Shown here piece after piece: positions 1 through 8,183 of a stretch of DNA of 33,201 bases (its first letter is position 1; every line of letters starts with the position of its first letter). Position numbers and translations under genes: made by a program. This DNA comes from Kiritimatiellia bacterium. Lineage in GTDB: Bacteria; Verrucomicrobiota; Kiritimatiellia; CAIKKV01; CAITUY01. The stretch spans positions 1-33,201 of the forward strand of contig JBIKMI010000002.1 of assembly GCA_044359285.1 (NCBI GenBank). The letters are read 5' to 3'. The notes below the pieces were generated by a model. It made no database searches. It saw nothing but the letters and a program-made list of their open reading frames with translations, and was not told the origin of the DNA.

Positions 1-842
1 ATCTCCAGCACATCCGGCATATGAGCGGCAGCCGAGGTGTCCAAAATAGCGATATCCAGGGCATTGTGTACAATATCCAGAACGGTGGTCACCAGAACCC
101 CGGCGTTCAACGCGATGGCTTCACCCGGCTCCATATAGACCTCAAGATGGGGATGCCGGGCGCGAAAGTCCTGAATCACCCGGCACAGCAGATCGACATC
201 ATAATCCGAGCGCGTAATATGATGCCCGCCGCCGAAATTAATCCAGCTCAAGCCGCCGAAGAAGCAACCGAACGTTTCCTCGACCACCGGCAGCGTTCGC
301 GCCAGAGCGTCCGCATTCAATTCGCACAAGGTGTGAAAATGCAGCCCAGATATCCCTGATAGATCCTGCCCTTCGAACTGATCACGGGTGATCCCCAGCC
401 GCGATCCCGGCGCACAGGGATCATACAGCGGAACCTTGACCTCAGAATGACGGGGATTAACCCGCAGACCGCAGCGGATGGGTTTGCCTGAGCGGGCGAC
501 TCGTGCGTTGTAGCCATGCCATTGCGCAAATGAATTGAAAACCAGGTGATGGGCGTAATTCAGAATCTCTTCAAATTCATCTTCCCGGAACGCCGGGGCA
601 TACACATGCACTTCGCGCTTGAACTCTTCGAACCCGAGCCGGGCTTCATTCAGGGAACTGGCGGCAGTGCCCTGTAGAACTTTGGCAATCTGGGGGAAGG
701 TGCTAAACATGGAAAAGCCTTTCAAGGCAAGCAGGATTTTACACCCCGTCCGCCTCTGAACCTCATCCAGCCGCGCCAGATTCGCCGCCAGTTTTGCCTC
801 ATCCACCACATAGCACGGGGTGACCAGTTTACTCACATCCAT
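1..842 (-). CDS. nspC: Carboxynorspermidine/carboxyspermidine decarboxylase (PLP-dependent). The 5' end is complete and the 3' end runs off the window.
   Basis: It is absent from the ORF track because there is no stop codon inside the window. I checked the frame triplet by triplet. The ATG is at 842-840, and there is no tta/cta/tca in that frame down to base 3 (280 codons). The translation reads MDVSKLVTPCYVVDEAKLAANLARLDEVQRRTGCKILLALKGFSMF...INFGGGHHITRSDYD...YMEPGEAIALNAGVLVTTVLDIV...ILDTSAAAHMPDVLE. This follows the NspC layout as I remember it from Vibrio (TPxYxxDEAKL, LALK lysine, GGG loop, EPGEA). A GGGAGGG Shine-Dalgarno lies about 7 nt upstream. Confidence 0.8.
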   Translation of the reverse strand, partial: MDVSKLVTPCYVVDEAKLAANLARLDEVQRRTGCKILLALKGFSMFSTFPQIAKVLQGTAASSLNEARLGFEEFKREVHVYAPAFREDEFEEILNYAHHLVFNSFAQWHGYNARVARSGKPIRCGLRVNPRHSEVKVPLYDPCAPGSRLGITRDQFEGQDLSGISGLHFHTLCELNADALARTLPVVEETFGCFFGGLSWINFGGGHHITRSDYDVDLLCRVIQDFRARHPHLEVYMEPGEAIALNAGVLVTTVLDIVHNALDIAILDTSAAAHMPDVLE

Positions 843-858
843 ACAGTCCCTCCCACCC

Positions 859-1395
859 TTACTCCACAGGTTCCAACAACTCCATACCGACTTCGACCGC
901 GATTGCGCGCCCGATCATATTTACATTCAAAACCACTTTGGTTTTGCCTTTCACCACCTGCACAACACCCTCCACGCCCTCGAAAGGCCCGCTCTTGATC
1001 AACACCCGCCGGCCCGCCTGAAAGGCCGCGGAAGCGTCGAGGGTGGGATCGATCTCCAATGCCTGACGGATCTGCCGTAATTCCCGATCAAACCGGGCCT
1101 GATGCTCCACCGACAGGAGCCGGACCACCAGATTGCTTTTCAATACCGTAAGTTTACCCTGAGCAGGGAACCGCAGGAACACGTAACCAGGGAAGACAGG
1201 CTTATGGACGGTAACCTTCCGCCGCTGATAGATCTTGGTCTCCTCACGAAGAGGAAGATCCCACTCTACCCGGTGCACCTCGCAATACGCCGCCATTTTT
1301 TTTTCACAGCGTGGCTTGACATACAAGACATACCAAAGCGCTTCGCCGGGGGATTCCTGCCCTTCGCTGATCTGTGTATCCATTTTCAACTCCAT
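859..1395 (-). CDS. Specialised NusG paralogue (NGN domain plus KOW domain; RfaH/UpxY/LoaP-like transcription antiterminator family).
   Basis: The ORF is 178 aa. It has an NGN-like N-terminus (WYVLYVKPRCEKKMAAYC...KPVFPGYVFLRF) and a KOW-like C-terminus (GRRVLIKSGPFEGVEGVVQVV.GKTKVVLNVNMIGR). It is clearly distinct from the housekeeping nusG at 30383-30934 and lacks the GF(V/L)G segment. The likelier start is the second ATG at 1383 (MDTQ..., 174 aa), which has a GGAG 6 nt upstream. The stop codon TAA is at 859-861. Confidence 0.8.
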   Translation of the reverse strand: MELKMDTQISEGQESPGEALWYVLYVKPRCEKKMAAYCEVHRVEWDLPLREETKIYQRRKVTVHKPVFPGYVFLRFPAQGKLTVLKSNLVVRLLSVEHQARFDRELRQIRQALEIDPTLDASAAFQAGRRVLIKSGPFEGVEGVVQVVKGKTKVVLNVNMIGRAIAVEVGMELLEPVE

Positions 1396-1398
1396 TCC

Positions 1399-1432
1399 AA
1401 AAAAAAGACGCCGACATTGCTATCGGCGTCTT
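1399..1432 (-). terminator. Rho-independent terminator of the alpha/rplQ transcription unit.
   Basis: The minus strand reads GAAGACGCCGA-UAGCAAUG-UCGGCGUCUU followed by U8. This is a perfect 8-10 bp GC-rich stem (1405-1414 pairing with 1423-1432), and the A8 run on the plus strand is at 1399-1406. A second short GC hairpin (GGCUC-UCGG-GAGCC, 1446-1459) precedes it. The terminator lies about 50 nt downstream of the rplQ stop. Confidence 0.8.
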
Positions 1433-1482
1433 CTGATGCAAGGTTGGCTCCCGAGAGCCCCGCCCCGCAGTGAAACAAAGGG

Positions 1483-1947
1483 TCAGGATTCCTTTTTGGC
1501 TTCCCCGGCCACAGGCTCATCAGTGCCCGCCGCGACCGTTTTGGCCTTACGTCCCTTTTTCACCATCGCCAGATCGACCCACTCAAGGATCGCCATTTCA
1601 GAGCTATCGCTCCCCCGCCGACCGACCTTGGTAATACGGGTATACCCCCCCAAACGGTCCTTGTATTGGGGCGCAATGGTGTCAAATAACTTAAGCATCG
1701 GCTTACGGTGGCGGAGAAATGCCAGAACTTTCCGTTTCGCCTGCAACATTTTTTCCGGCTTGCCCGATGCAATGGCCCGTTTGGCCACCGTCACCATCTT
1801 CTCTGCCAACGCACGGGTTAACCTGGCCTTGGGCAAGGTCGTCTTGATCCGCTGTTCTTCAATAAGACTGCCAACCATTGACATCATCAGCGCCTTACGC
1901 GCTTCTGCAGGCCGGCCTAATTTTACCATTTTCTTTTTGTGACGCAT
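1483..1947 (-). CDS. rplQ: 50S ribosomal protein L17.
   Basis: The N-terminus MRHKKKMVKLGRPAEARKALMMSMVGSLIEEQRIKTTLPKAR is canonical for L17, and the gene sits after rpoA. It carries a Lys/Ala-rich C-terminal tail. Confidence 0.95.
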   Translation of the reverse strand: MRHKKKMVKLGRPAEARKALMMSMVGSLIEEQRIKTTLPKARLTRALAEKMVTVAKRAIASGKPEKMLQAKRKVLAFLRHRKPMLKLFDTIAPQYKDRLGGYTRITKVGRRGSDSSEMAILEWVDLAMVKKGRKAKTVAAGTDEPVAGEAKKES

Positions 1948-2040
1948 TGCTGACTCCCGACATCCCTACGCCGTGTCAGGACGTTAGCCCTTGACTCCGG
2001 TCGTTCACTTTCATCACTTCGCCGCGAATTCCAGACAGGA

Positions 2041-3063
2041 TTATTCGCTGTCTTTACTAGCCTCAAGCCCTCGCATGGCCTTGACCAGATCGTCGTCGAA
2101 CTTCATCCCGAGACTCAACCCGAGATCCGTTAATTTCGCCTTGATTTCATTCAGAGACTTCTTGCCGAAGTTGCGATACTTCAGCATTTCCGCCTCAGAT
2201 TTCTGGGCCAGATGGCCTACCGTCGTGATATTGGCGTTGTTCAGGCAATTCGCCGCACGCACGCTCAACTCGATCTCATTGACGCTCATGTTGAGTGTCT
2301 TCAGCATCTGATCACGCTCGAGATCAACCTTGGCCTCGACATCCTCAAACTCAATGACATTCTTGTCATAGTCGACAAACACATCCAGATGGTGGCGCAA
2401 GACTGCCGCCGATACCGTCAAGGCATCGTCTGGCGAGATCCGCCCGTCCGAGGTCACTTCGATGACCAGTTTGTCATAATCCGTACGCTGTCCCACGCGG
2501 GTATTTTCAATTGAAAAATTCACGCGTTTGACCGGGGAGAAAATCGAATCAATCGGAATCCGCCCGATATCCTGATTCTCTTTCTTATTCAACTCTGCCG
2601 GGCAGAAGCCGCGTCCGACACGGACCTCAAGGGTCATATCCAAAACGCCATCCGACGCCAAGGTCGCAATGTGCTGATTAGGATTCAACACCTCCATGGT
2701 TCCGTCAGTTTGAATATCACTGGCCTTTACCTCGCGCGGCCCCTTCACCTTAAGGTGCAATAACCGCGACTCGCGGGACTGCGCCTTGAGCAACACTTTT
2801 TTAAGATTCAGGATAATATCCGTCACGTCTTCCACAACTCCCGGAAGGGAGCAGAACTCATGCGGAGCGCCCTCGATACGAACGGATGAAATTGCCGCTC
2901 CCTCAAGGGAAGACAGCAATACCCGGCGCAAGGAGTTACCGATCGTGCGTCCATAGCCTACTTCCAACGGCTCAGCAACAAACCGCGCAAACGTCGGCGT
3001 CGCGCTGGATTCATCCTTCACTAACCGTTTAGGCATTTCAAATTTACTCAGTCTGATTGGCAT
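2041..3063 (-). CDS. rpoA: DNA-directed RNA polymerase subunit alpha.
   Basis: The product is 340 aa. It contains the motif VAEPLEVGYGRTIGNSLRRVLLSSLEGAAI and a C-terminal-domain helix-hairpin-helix (ELSVRAANCLNNANITTVGHL). Its position between rpsD and rplQ is conserved. Confidence 0.97.
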   Translation of the reverse strand: MPIRLSKFEMPKRLVKDESSATPTFARFVAEPLEVGYGRTIGNSLRRVLLSSLEGAAISSVRIEGAPHEFCSLPGVVEDVTDIILNLKKVLLKAQSRESRLLHLKVKGPREVKASDIQTDGTMEVLNPNQHIATLASDGVLDMTLEVRVGRGFCPAELNKKENQDIGRIPIDSIFSPVKRVNFSIENTRVGQRTDYDKLVIEVTSDGRISPDDALTVSAAVLRHHLDVFVDYDKNVIEFEDVEAKVDLERDQMLKTLNMSVNEIELSVRAANCLNNANITTVGHLAQKSEAEMLKYRNFGKKSLNEIKAKLTDLGLSLGMKFDDDLVKAMRGLEASKDSE

Positions 3064-3114
3064 GATTCAACCCTTTCACAGAAACGGATTTCCCGCTTCC
3101 CGGCACGAACATCT

Positions 3115-3738
3115 TTACTTAGAATACAACTCAACGATCAACTGCTCATTGACCAACGGTGCGATTTCCTCACGTGTGGGAATGCGGAGCACTTCCCCCT
3201 TGAGCGCAACCTTGTCCAGGGTCAACCAGGAAGAGGCTTCATGCCCTTTCGCTTCCACCAGCCGCTTCACGGCTTCCTGACTCTGCTTGCGACCTTTGAC
3301 TTCAATCTTGTCGCCCACTTTCAGCGTCATGGAAGGCACATCAGCGCGCCGTCCGTTAACCGTTAAATGTCCATGCAAAACAAGCTGCCGTGCGGCGCGG
3401 CGGGAGGCCCCGAACCCGAGACGGAAGGCCAGGTTGTCGAGCCGCATTTCCAGCAACTGCAACAACATTTCACCCGTGACACCACGCTTGCTAGCGGCCC
3501 GCTCGAAGAAAAGCTTAAACTGCCCCTCTTGCAAACCGTACGAACGACGCAAGCGCTGTTTCTCGCGCAACTGCACACAATAGTCCGTCTTCTTGGAAGG
3601 ACGTGCACCGTGCATACCCGGAGCCGGACGCCCGGTTTCAATGGGACACTTTGCCATGCGGCAGCGATCCCCCTTCAAAAACAGCTTCATGCCTTCACGA
3701 CGACAAAGTCTGCATGCTGGTCCAGTATATCTACCCAT
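3115..3738 (-). CDS. rpsD: 30S ribosomal protein S4 (Cys-rich, zinc-type N-terminus).
   Basis: The sequence begins MGRYTGPACRLCRREGMKLFLKGDRCRMAKCPIE and continues with an S4 domain. Confidence 0.96.
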   Translation of the reverse strand: MGRYTGPACRLCRREGMKLFLKGDRCRMAKCPIETGRPAPGMHGARPSKKTDYCVQLREKQRLRRSYGLQEGQFKLFFERAASKRGVTGEMLLQLLEMRLDNLAFRLGFGASRRAARQLVLHGHLTVNGRRADVPSMTLKVGDKIEVKGRKQSQEAVKRLVEAKGHEASSWLTLDKVALKGEVLRIPTREEIAPLVNEQLIVELYSK

Positions 3739-3769
3739 TCGAATTCTCCTGTTCTCTCAAAATCTGCCT

Positions 3770-4258
3770 TTAGACGCGGCGACGTTTGCGAGCGCGGCAA
3801 CCGTTATGCGGCATAGGCGTCACATCTTTGATCATGGTGAGGTTCAATCCCGCAGACTGCAATGCGCGAATCGCTGATTCACGCCCTGCCCCCGGCCCCT
3901 GAACACGAACTTCTACTTCCTGCATGCCGCGTGCAACCGCCTGTCGCGCCACTTCCTGCGCCACCACGCTGGCGGCAAAGGCGGTGCTCTTGCGGGATCC
4001 CTTGAAACCCGCACGACCTGATGTGCTCCACGCAATCACGCCACCTTTACTGTCTGAAACCGAAATGATCGTATTGTTGAATGTGGCCCGGATATGGACA
4101 ATCCCAAACGGAACCACACGCCCTGTACGGACGCGTTGCTGCCGAACAGGACGAGCCGCCCCCTCGGGACCTGCCGCCAAAGCGTCCGGACCCGGAGCTG
4201 CCACAGCCTCCGGCTTTGCGCCATTCTTTTCTTCAACTTTTTCTTTAACGTCTGCCAT
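3770..4258 (-). CDS. rpsK: 30S ribosomal protein S11 with an Ala/Pro/Glu-rich N-terminal extension of about 35 aa.
   Basis: The core is [41 protein letters not shown]. The ATG is at 4258 and there is an AGAGG 12 nt upstream. Confidence 0.93.
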   Translation of the reverse strand: MADVKEKVEEKNGAKPEAVAAPGPDALAAGPEGAARPVRQQRVRTGRVVPFGIVHIRATFNNTIISVSDSKGGVIAWSTSGRAGFKGSRKSTAFAASVVAQEVARQAVARGMQEVEVRVQGPGAGRESAIRALQSAGLNLTMIKDVTPMPHNGCRARKRRRV

Positions 4259-4292
4259 TGCGAACCCGTGCCTCTTTTTTCAATACTGTTTG

Positions 4293-4688
4293 TTACTTCT
4301 TCACGGCCGCCCGTGCTTCTTTTCCGCGAACCGCACCCACCGTGCGCCTCGGTCCCTTGCGGGTACGCGCATTCGTACTCGTGCGCTGGCCCCGAACAGG
4401 GAGTCCGCGCTTATGGCGAATACCCCGGTAACTTCCGATACTGATCAGACGGCGAATGTTCTGAGCCACTTCGCGGCGCAAATCACCCTCAATCCGGTAA
4501 GTATTTTGGATCACATTAATAATTCGGGCCAACTCCTCATCCGTGAGATCATCGGCTTTTTTCACCGGGTCGATCTTGGCCTCGTCAATGACTTGACGGG
4601 CGTTAGTTGGTCCAATCCCGTAAAGATAGCGCAGGGAATACTCAATGCACTTCTTCCCTGGTATATCAACACCTAATATTCTGGGCAT
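4293..4688 (-). CDS. rpsM: 30S ribosomal protein S13.
   Basis: The sequence [33 protein letters not shown]... is canonical for S13. Confidence 0.96.
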   Translation of the reverse strand: MPRILGVDIPGKKCIEYSLRYLYGIGPTNARQVIDEAKIDPVKKADDLTDEELARIINVIQNTYRIEGDLRREVAQNIRRLISIGSYRGIRHKRGLPVRGQRTSTNARTRKGPRRTVGAVRGKEARAAVKK

Positions 4689-4700
4689 CCCAAATTCTCC

Positions 4701-4814
4701 TTAACCTTGACGCTGCTTATGACGTGAATTGGTGCAAATCACTCGCACCACACCCCGGCGGCGCACAATCTTGCAGCGCTCACATATCCGTTTGACTGAA
4801 CTTCTAACCTTCAT
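4701..4814 (-). CDS. rpmJ: 50S ribosomal protein L36 (C3H zinc form).
   Basis: I translated this by hand because it is below the ORF-track length cutoff. The product is [37 protein letters not shown] (37 aa). The ATG is at 4814-4812 and the TAA at 4703-4701. Confidence 0.93.
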   Translation of the reverse strand: MKVRSSVKRICERCKIVRRRGVVRVICTNSRHKQRQG

Positions 4815-4901
4815 CCTCTGGCTCCATTCCAAAAATAGCTGGTCAATTTATCAATGGCCTATCCTGTTGTCCATACCAAAATGCTAAATCCAAACAACGG
4901 C

Positions 4902-5648
4902 TCACACCGCTGTCAAGATTTCAGGGCCATCCTCGCAGATCGCCACTGTATGCTCAAAATGCGCTGAAGGCCTGCCATCCACCGTACAGACGGTCCACCC
5001 ATCACCCAACACACTCACCCCGCTGCCTCCCATATTCACCATGGGCTCAATCGCCAGCGTCATGCCAACTTTCAATTTTGGCCCTGCTCCTGCGGTACCA
5101 AAATTCGGAATTTGCGGATCTTCGTGAAGCTTCCGCCCCACCCCATGCCCAACAAAATCACGCACCACCGAAAATCCTGCCTGCACCACAGTCGCTTCGA
5201 CAGCATGGGAAATATCTCCCAGCCTCTTGCCGGCACGCGCCTTCTCAATTCCCGCCTTCAGCGCCAGCTCGGTCGACCGAACCAAACGGATGATCTCTGG
5301 ATCCGTTACCCCGACCATCACCGTTGTGGCGGTGTCCCCGATAAACCCACCGAACACCACCCCGACATCCAAGCTGACAATCTGTCCGATTTCAATCCGG
5401 CGATCACCGGGAATCCCGTGAACCACTTCCGAATCTATCGAAATACATACATTCCCGGGATAGCCACGATACGCTAAAAAGGCGCTTTTCGCTCCCATGG
5501 CCGCAATCAACTGCGCGGCCTTGGCATCCAATTCCCGCGTCGTGATCCCCGGCGACACAAATCGCGCGAGTTCCTCCCTGATACAGGCCGCGATGCGACC
5601 ACTCTGCCGCATCTTGCCAATCTCATCCCGATTCTTGAGAATGATCAT
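4902..5648 (-). CDS. map: Type I methionine aminopeptidase.
   Basis: The product is 248 aa with metal-site motifs (DVGVVFGGFIGDTATT, VGHGVG, LAIEPM, HFEHT). Its start overlaps the adk stop in a 4-nt ATGA overlap. Confidence 0.95.
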   Translation of the reverse strand: MIILKNRDEIGKMRQSGRIAACIREELARFVSPGITTRELDAKAAQLIAAMGAKSAFLAYRGYPGNVCISIDSEVVHGIPGDRRIEIGQIVSLDVGVVFGGFIGDTATTVMVGVTDPEIIRLVRSTELALKAGIEKARAGKRLGDISHAVEATVVQAGFSVVRDFVGHGVGRKLHEDPQIPNFGTAGAGPKLKVGMTLAIEPMVNMGGSGVSVLGDGWTVCTVDGRPSAHFEHTVAICEDGPEILTAV

Positions 5649-6304
5649 GAAGCCATCAGCGGCTTGGCTGCCGCCAGAATCTCCGCCACCGTCGCCTGTC
5701 TCTGCCTGGCGGAATCCACCCTGACAAGAACGCCTTTTTTCTCGTAATATGAAATAAGGCTTTCCGTCTGCTTCGCATATACCTCTAACCGGTTCAAAAT
5801 CGTGGCCTCACTGTCATCCGCTCGTTGATAAAGCTCGCCTCCGCACAAATCGCACAGCCCTGCCTGTTTCGGCGGGATATTGATGACGTGGTAGCTCTGG
5901 CCGCACTTGCGGCACACCCGCCGTCCCGTTAAGCGGGCCAATAACAAGTCACGGGGCGCATCCAGAAGAAATACCATATCCACTTTCGAAGCGTACCTGG
6001 CCAGGGCCTCATCCAGCAATCGCGCCTGATCCAACGTTCGCGGAAATCCGTCGAACATATATGCTAAATCGCGCGCCCCCCGCTCCAGACGCTCTTCCAC
6101 AATGCCGACAATCACATCATCCGGCACCAATTCGCCACGTTTCATGTAACCTTCGGCCTGACGCCCGACAACGGTTCCGTTCTTGACCGCCTCACGCAGC
6201 ATATCGCCGGTAGACACATGGATAAACGCACTCTCGCTGCGTATCCCTTCAGCAATGGTACCTTTACCCGCGCCCGGTGCCCCAAGTAGAATAATTGTTT
6301 TCAT
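5645..6304 (-). CDS. adk: Adenylate kinase with a Cys4 zinc lid.
   Basis: The P-loop is GAPGAGKGT. The lid reads CRKCGQSYH...CDLCGG. Confidence 0.95.
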   Translation of the reverse strand: MKTIILLGAPGAGKGTIAEGIRSESAFIHVSTGDMLREAVKNGTVVGRQAEGYMKRGELVPDDVIVGIVEERLERGARDLAYMFDGFPRTLDQARLLDEALARYASKVDMVFLLDAPRDLLLARLTGRRVCRKCGQSYHVINIPPKQAGLCDLCGGELYQRADDSEATILNRLEVYAKQTESLISYYEKKGVLVRVDSARQRQATVAEILAAAKPLMAS

Positions 6305-6330
6305 CGTCGTGGTAACCCAAAATTCCGCTT

Positions 6331-7686
6331 TTACCGCCGGCCGTGCAGTTTACCTTTATGCAGGAAGCCGTCATAATGCCGCATGAGCAGATGTGATTCG
6401 ACTTGTCGCATGGTATCCAACATCACCCCCACGGTAATCAACAAGCTGGTGCCGCCGAAAAACGAGGAAACCAACCACGGAACACCAAACTGACGGTTCA
6501 TCACAGAGGGGATCACGGCAATAATCGTCAGGAAAATCGCTCCCGCCAGTGTAATCTTCGTCATGGTCATATCCAAAAACTCCGCCGTGGGCCCACCCGG
6601 ACGCACCCCCGGAACATAGCCCCCGTATTTCTTCAAATCGTCGGCAATCTGCACGGGATTGAACTGGGTCGCCACCCAGAAATAGGAGAAGAAGAGAATC
6701 ATGATCCCATAAAGCACCATATACAAACCCGTATCCATCGTCAGATGATCCGCCAGTGTTTGCGCGAAATCACCCGGAATCCGTCGCAACAGGATCGCCG
6801 GGAACATCAGGATCGACTGGGCAAAGATTATAGGCATCACTCCCGAGTAATTAATCCTCAGAGGCATGAATGTGCTCTGCCCGCCATACACTTTTCGACC
6901 CACCACCCGCTTGGCGTACTGAATCGGGATCTTACGCTGCCCTTGTGTGAGCATGATTGTTCCCGCCACCACGCCGAACAGCGCGATAATCAGGACGATC
7001 AGGAATACCGGATTGAACTGGCGGAGGCCATCCTCACCCACATGAAACATCTGAATGACATAGGCGACCGCGGCAGGCAGGCGGCTGATGATTCCCTGAG
7101 TGATGATCAGTGAAATCCCGTTCCCGATTCCGCGCTGAGTGATCTGCTCACCCAACCACATGATGAAAATCGTGCCTGTCGTCATCGTCACAATGGTCAT
7201 TAACTTAAAGCCCAGACCGGGATTCAGCACAAGGCCGGTCCCCTCCGGCAGACCCAGCATGGCTGGATTTTCAAGCGTCGCAGCCATAAACCAGCCCTGA
7301 ATGATGCACAAAAACACTGTCAGCATACGGGTGTATTGCGTCAGCTTTTGACGTCCGGTGTCGCCTTCGAGCTTCAGCCGACCTAACACCGGGACCACCG
7401 CACTGAGTAGTTGCAAAATGATGGAGGCGCTAATATAGGGCATAATCCCTAACGCTCCTACCGCGCAATTACTCAAGGCACCCCCGCTGAACATATCAAG
7501 CAAGCCCAGGACCCCACCTCCTGCACTTTTCTCAATATCCGCAACGACACGCTGTAGCGCGACTGCGTCGACCCCGGGAGTCGGGACATGTGCCACCAGG
7601 CGGCAAATGAAGATCAGGCCCAGCGTAAATAATATGCGGGACCTCAACTCAGGAATCTTAAAACTGTTCGTAAACGCAGAAAGCAT
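6331..7686 (-). CDS. secY: Preprotein translocase subunit SecY.
   Basis: The product is 451 aa and multi-pass hydrophobic. It contains GIMPYISASIILQLL and is in the conserved position after rplO. Confidence 0.97.
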   Translation of the reverse strand: MLSAFTNSFKIPELRSRILFTLGLIFICRLVAHVPTPGVDAVALQRVVADIEKSAGGGVLGLLDMFSGGALSNCAVGALGIMPYISASIILQLLSAVVPVLGRLKLEGDTGRQKLTQYTRMLTVFLCIIQGWFMAATLENPAMLGLPEGTGLVLNPGLGFKLMTIVTMTTGTIFIMWLGEQITQRGIGNGISLIITQGIISRLPAAVAYVIQMFHVGEDGLRQFNPVFLIVLIIALFGVVAGTIMLTQGQRKIPIQYAKRVVGRKVYGGQSTFMPLRINYSGVMPIIFAQSILMFPAILLRRIPGDFAQTLADHLTMDTGLYMVLYGIMILFFSYFWVATQFNPVQIADDLKKYGGYVPGVRPGGPTAEFLDMTMTKITLAGAIFLTIIAVIPSVMNRQFGVPWLVSSFFGGTSLLITVGVMLDTMRQVESHLLMRHYDGFLHKGKLHGRR

Positions 7687-7704
7687 GTCGCAATCTCATT
7701 TCCC

Positions 7705-8148
7705 TTACGTGACAATCTCACAGGTTCCGCCAGCTGCCTCGATTTTCGACTTGGCATCGGCACTAAACGCATGCGCCTTCACGACCAGTTTTTTCGTGAT
7801 CGAACCGTTCCCCAGGATCTTAATCCCGTCCGCCAACCCGTTGGCCATACCCCGTGCTTTCATCAGCTCAGGGGTCACCTCGGTACCGGCGTCAAAAACG
7901 TTCAGTGCCGCCACGTTCACGGGCAGGAATTCCTTGCGAGAAATATTCGTAAAGCCACGCTTCGGGATGCGCCGGATCAGGCGCATCTGGCCACCTTCAA
8001 ACCCAAGCTTATGCTTGTGACCTGATCGTGCGAACTGCCCCTTGTGCCCCCGACCGGAGGTCTTTCCCAGCCCGGAGCCCACGCCCCGTCCAAGACGCTT
8101 TCGTGTTGATTTTGCGCCCGTTGTATTCTTCAATGAATGCAAGTTCAT
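7705..8148 (-). CDS. rplO: 50S ribosomal protein L15.
   Basis: It contains [23 protein letters not shown]. Confidence 0.95.
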   Translation of the reverse strand: MNLHSLKNTTGAKSTRKRLGRGVGSGLGKTSGRGHKGQFARSGHKHKLGFEGGQMRLIRRIPKRGFTNISRKEFLPVNVAALNVFDAGTEVTPELMKARGMANGLADGIKILGNGSITKKLVVKAHAFSADAKSKIEAAGGTCEIVT

Positions 8149-8183
8149 CGTATATGTTACCTATCGGATCAAATGATTAGTGA

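Noticed and set aside
21-359. A 112-aa plus-strand ORF and a 70-aa minus-strand ORF (317-529) at the left edge.
   Set aside because: Both overlap the hand-verified nspC frame (open from 842 to the window edge, with a convincing decarboxylase translation). The listed ORFs are on the opposite strand or in an alternative frame.
1391-1404. A shared 14-mer, TTTTTGGAATGGAG (minus strand), found upstream of both the NusG paralogue (about 1391-1404) and rpmJ (about 4822-4835). It could be a regulatory repeat.
   Set aside because: About one or two identical 14-mers are expected by chance in a 33-kb window when both strands are counted. In both places the match is explained by a T-run plus a GGAG Shine-Dalgarno. 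There is no further flanking similarity.
1407-1430. An ops-like sequence (CGATAGC compared with E. coli ops CGGTAGC) in the loop and stem of the rplQ terminator, upstream of the NusG paralogue.
   Set aside because: It is a 7-mer match with one mismatch. There is no reason to expect the E. coli RfaH ops consensus in a distant lineage, and the match is fully explained by the terminator hairpin.
4826-4854. A possible internal promoter for the alpha block: TTGATA, a 17-nt spacer, then TGGAAT upstream of rpmJ.
   Set aside because: The -10 match is weak. A start about 7 nt downstream would exclude the GGAG Shine-Dalgarno and leave a leader of about 5 nt. I cannot separate this from chance without 5'-end data.
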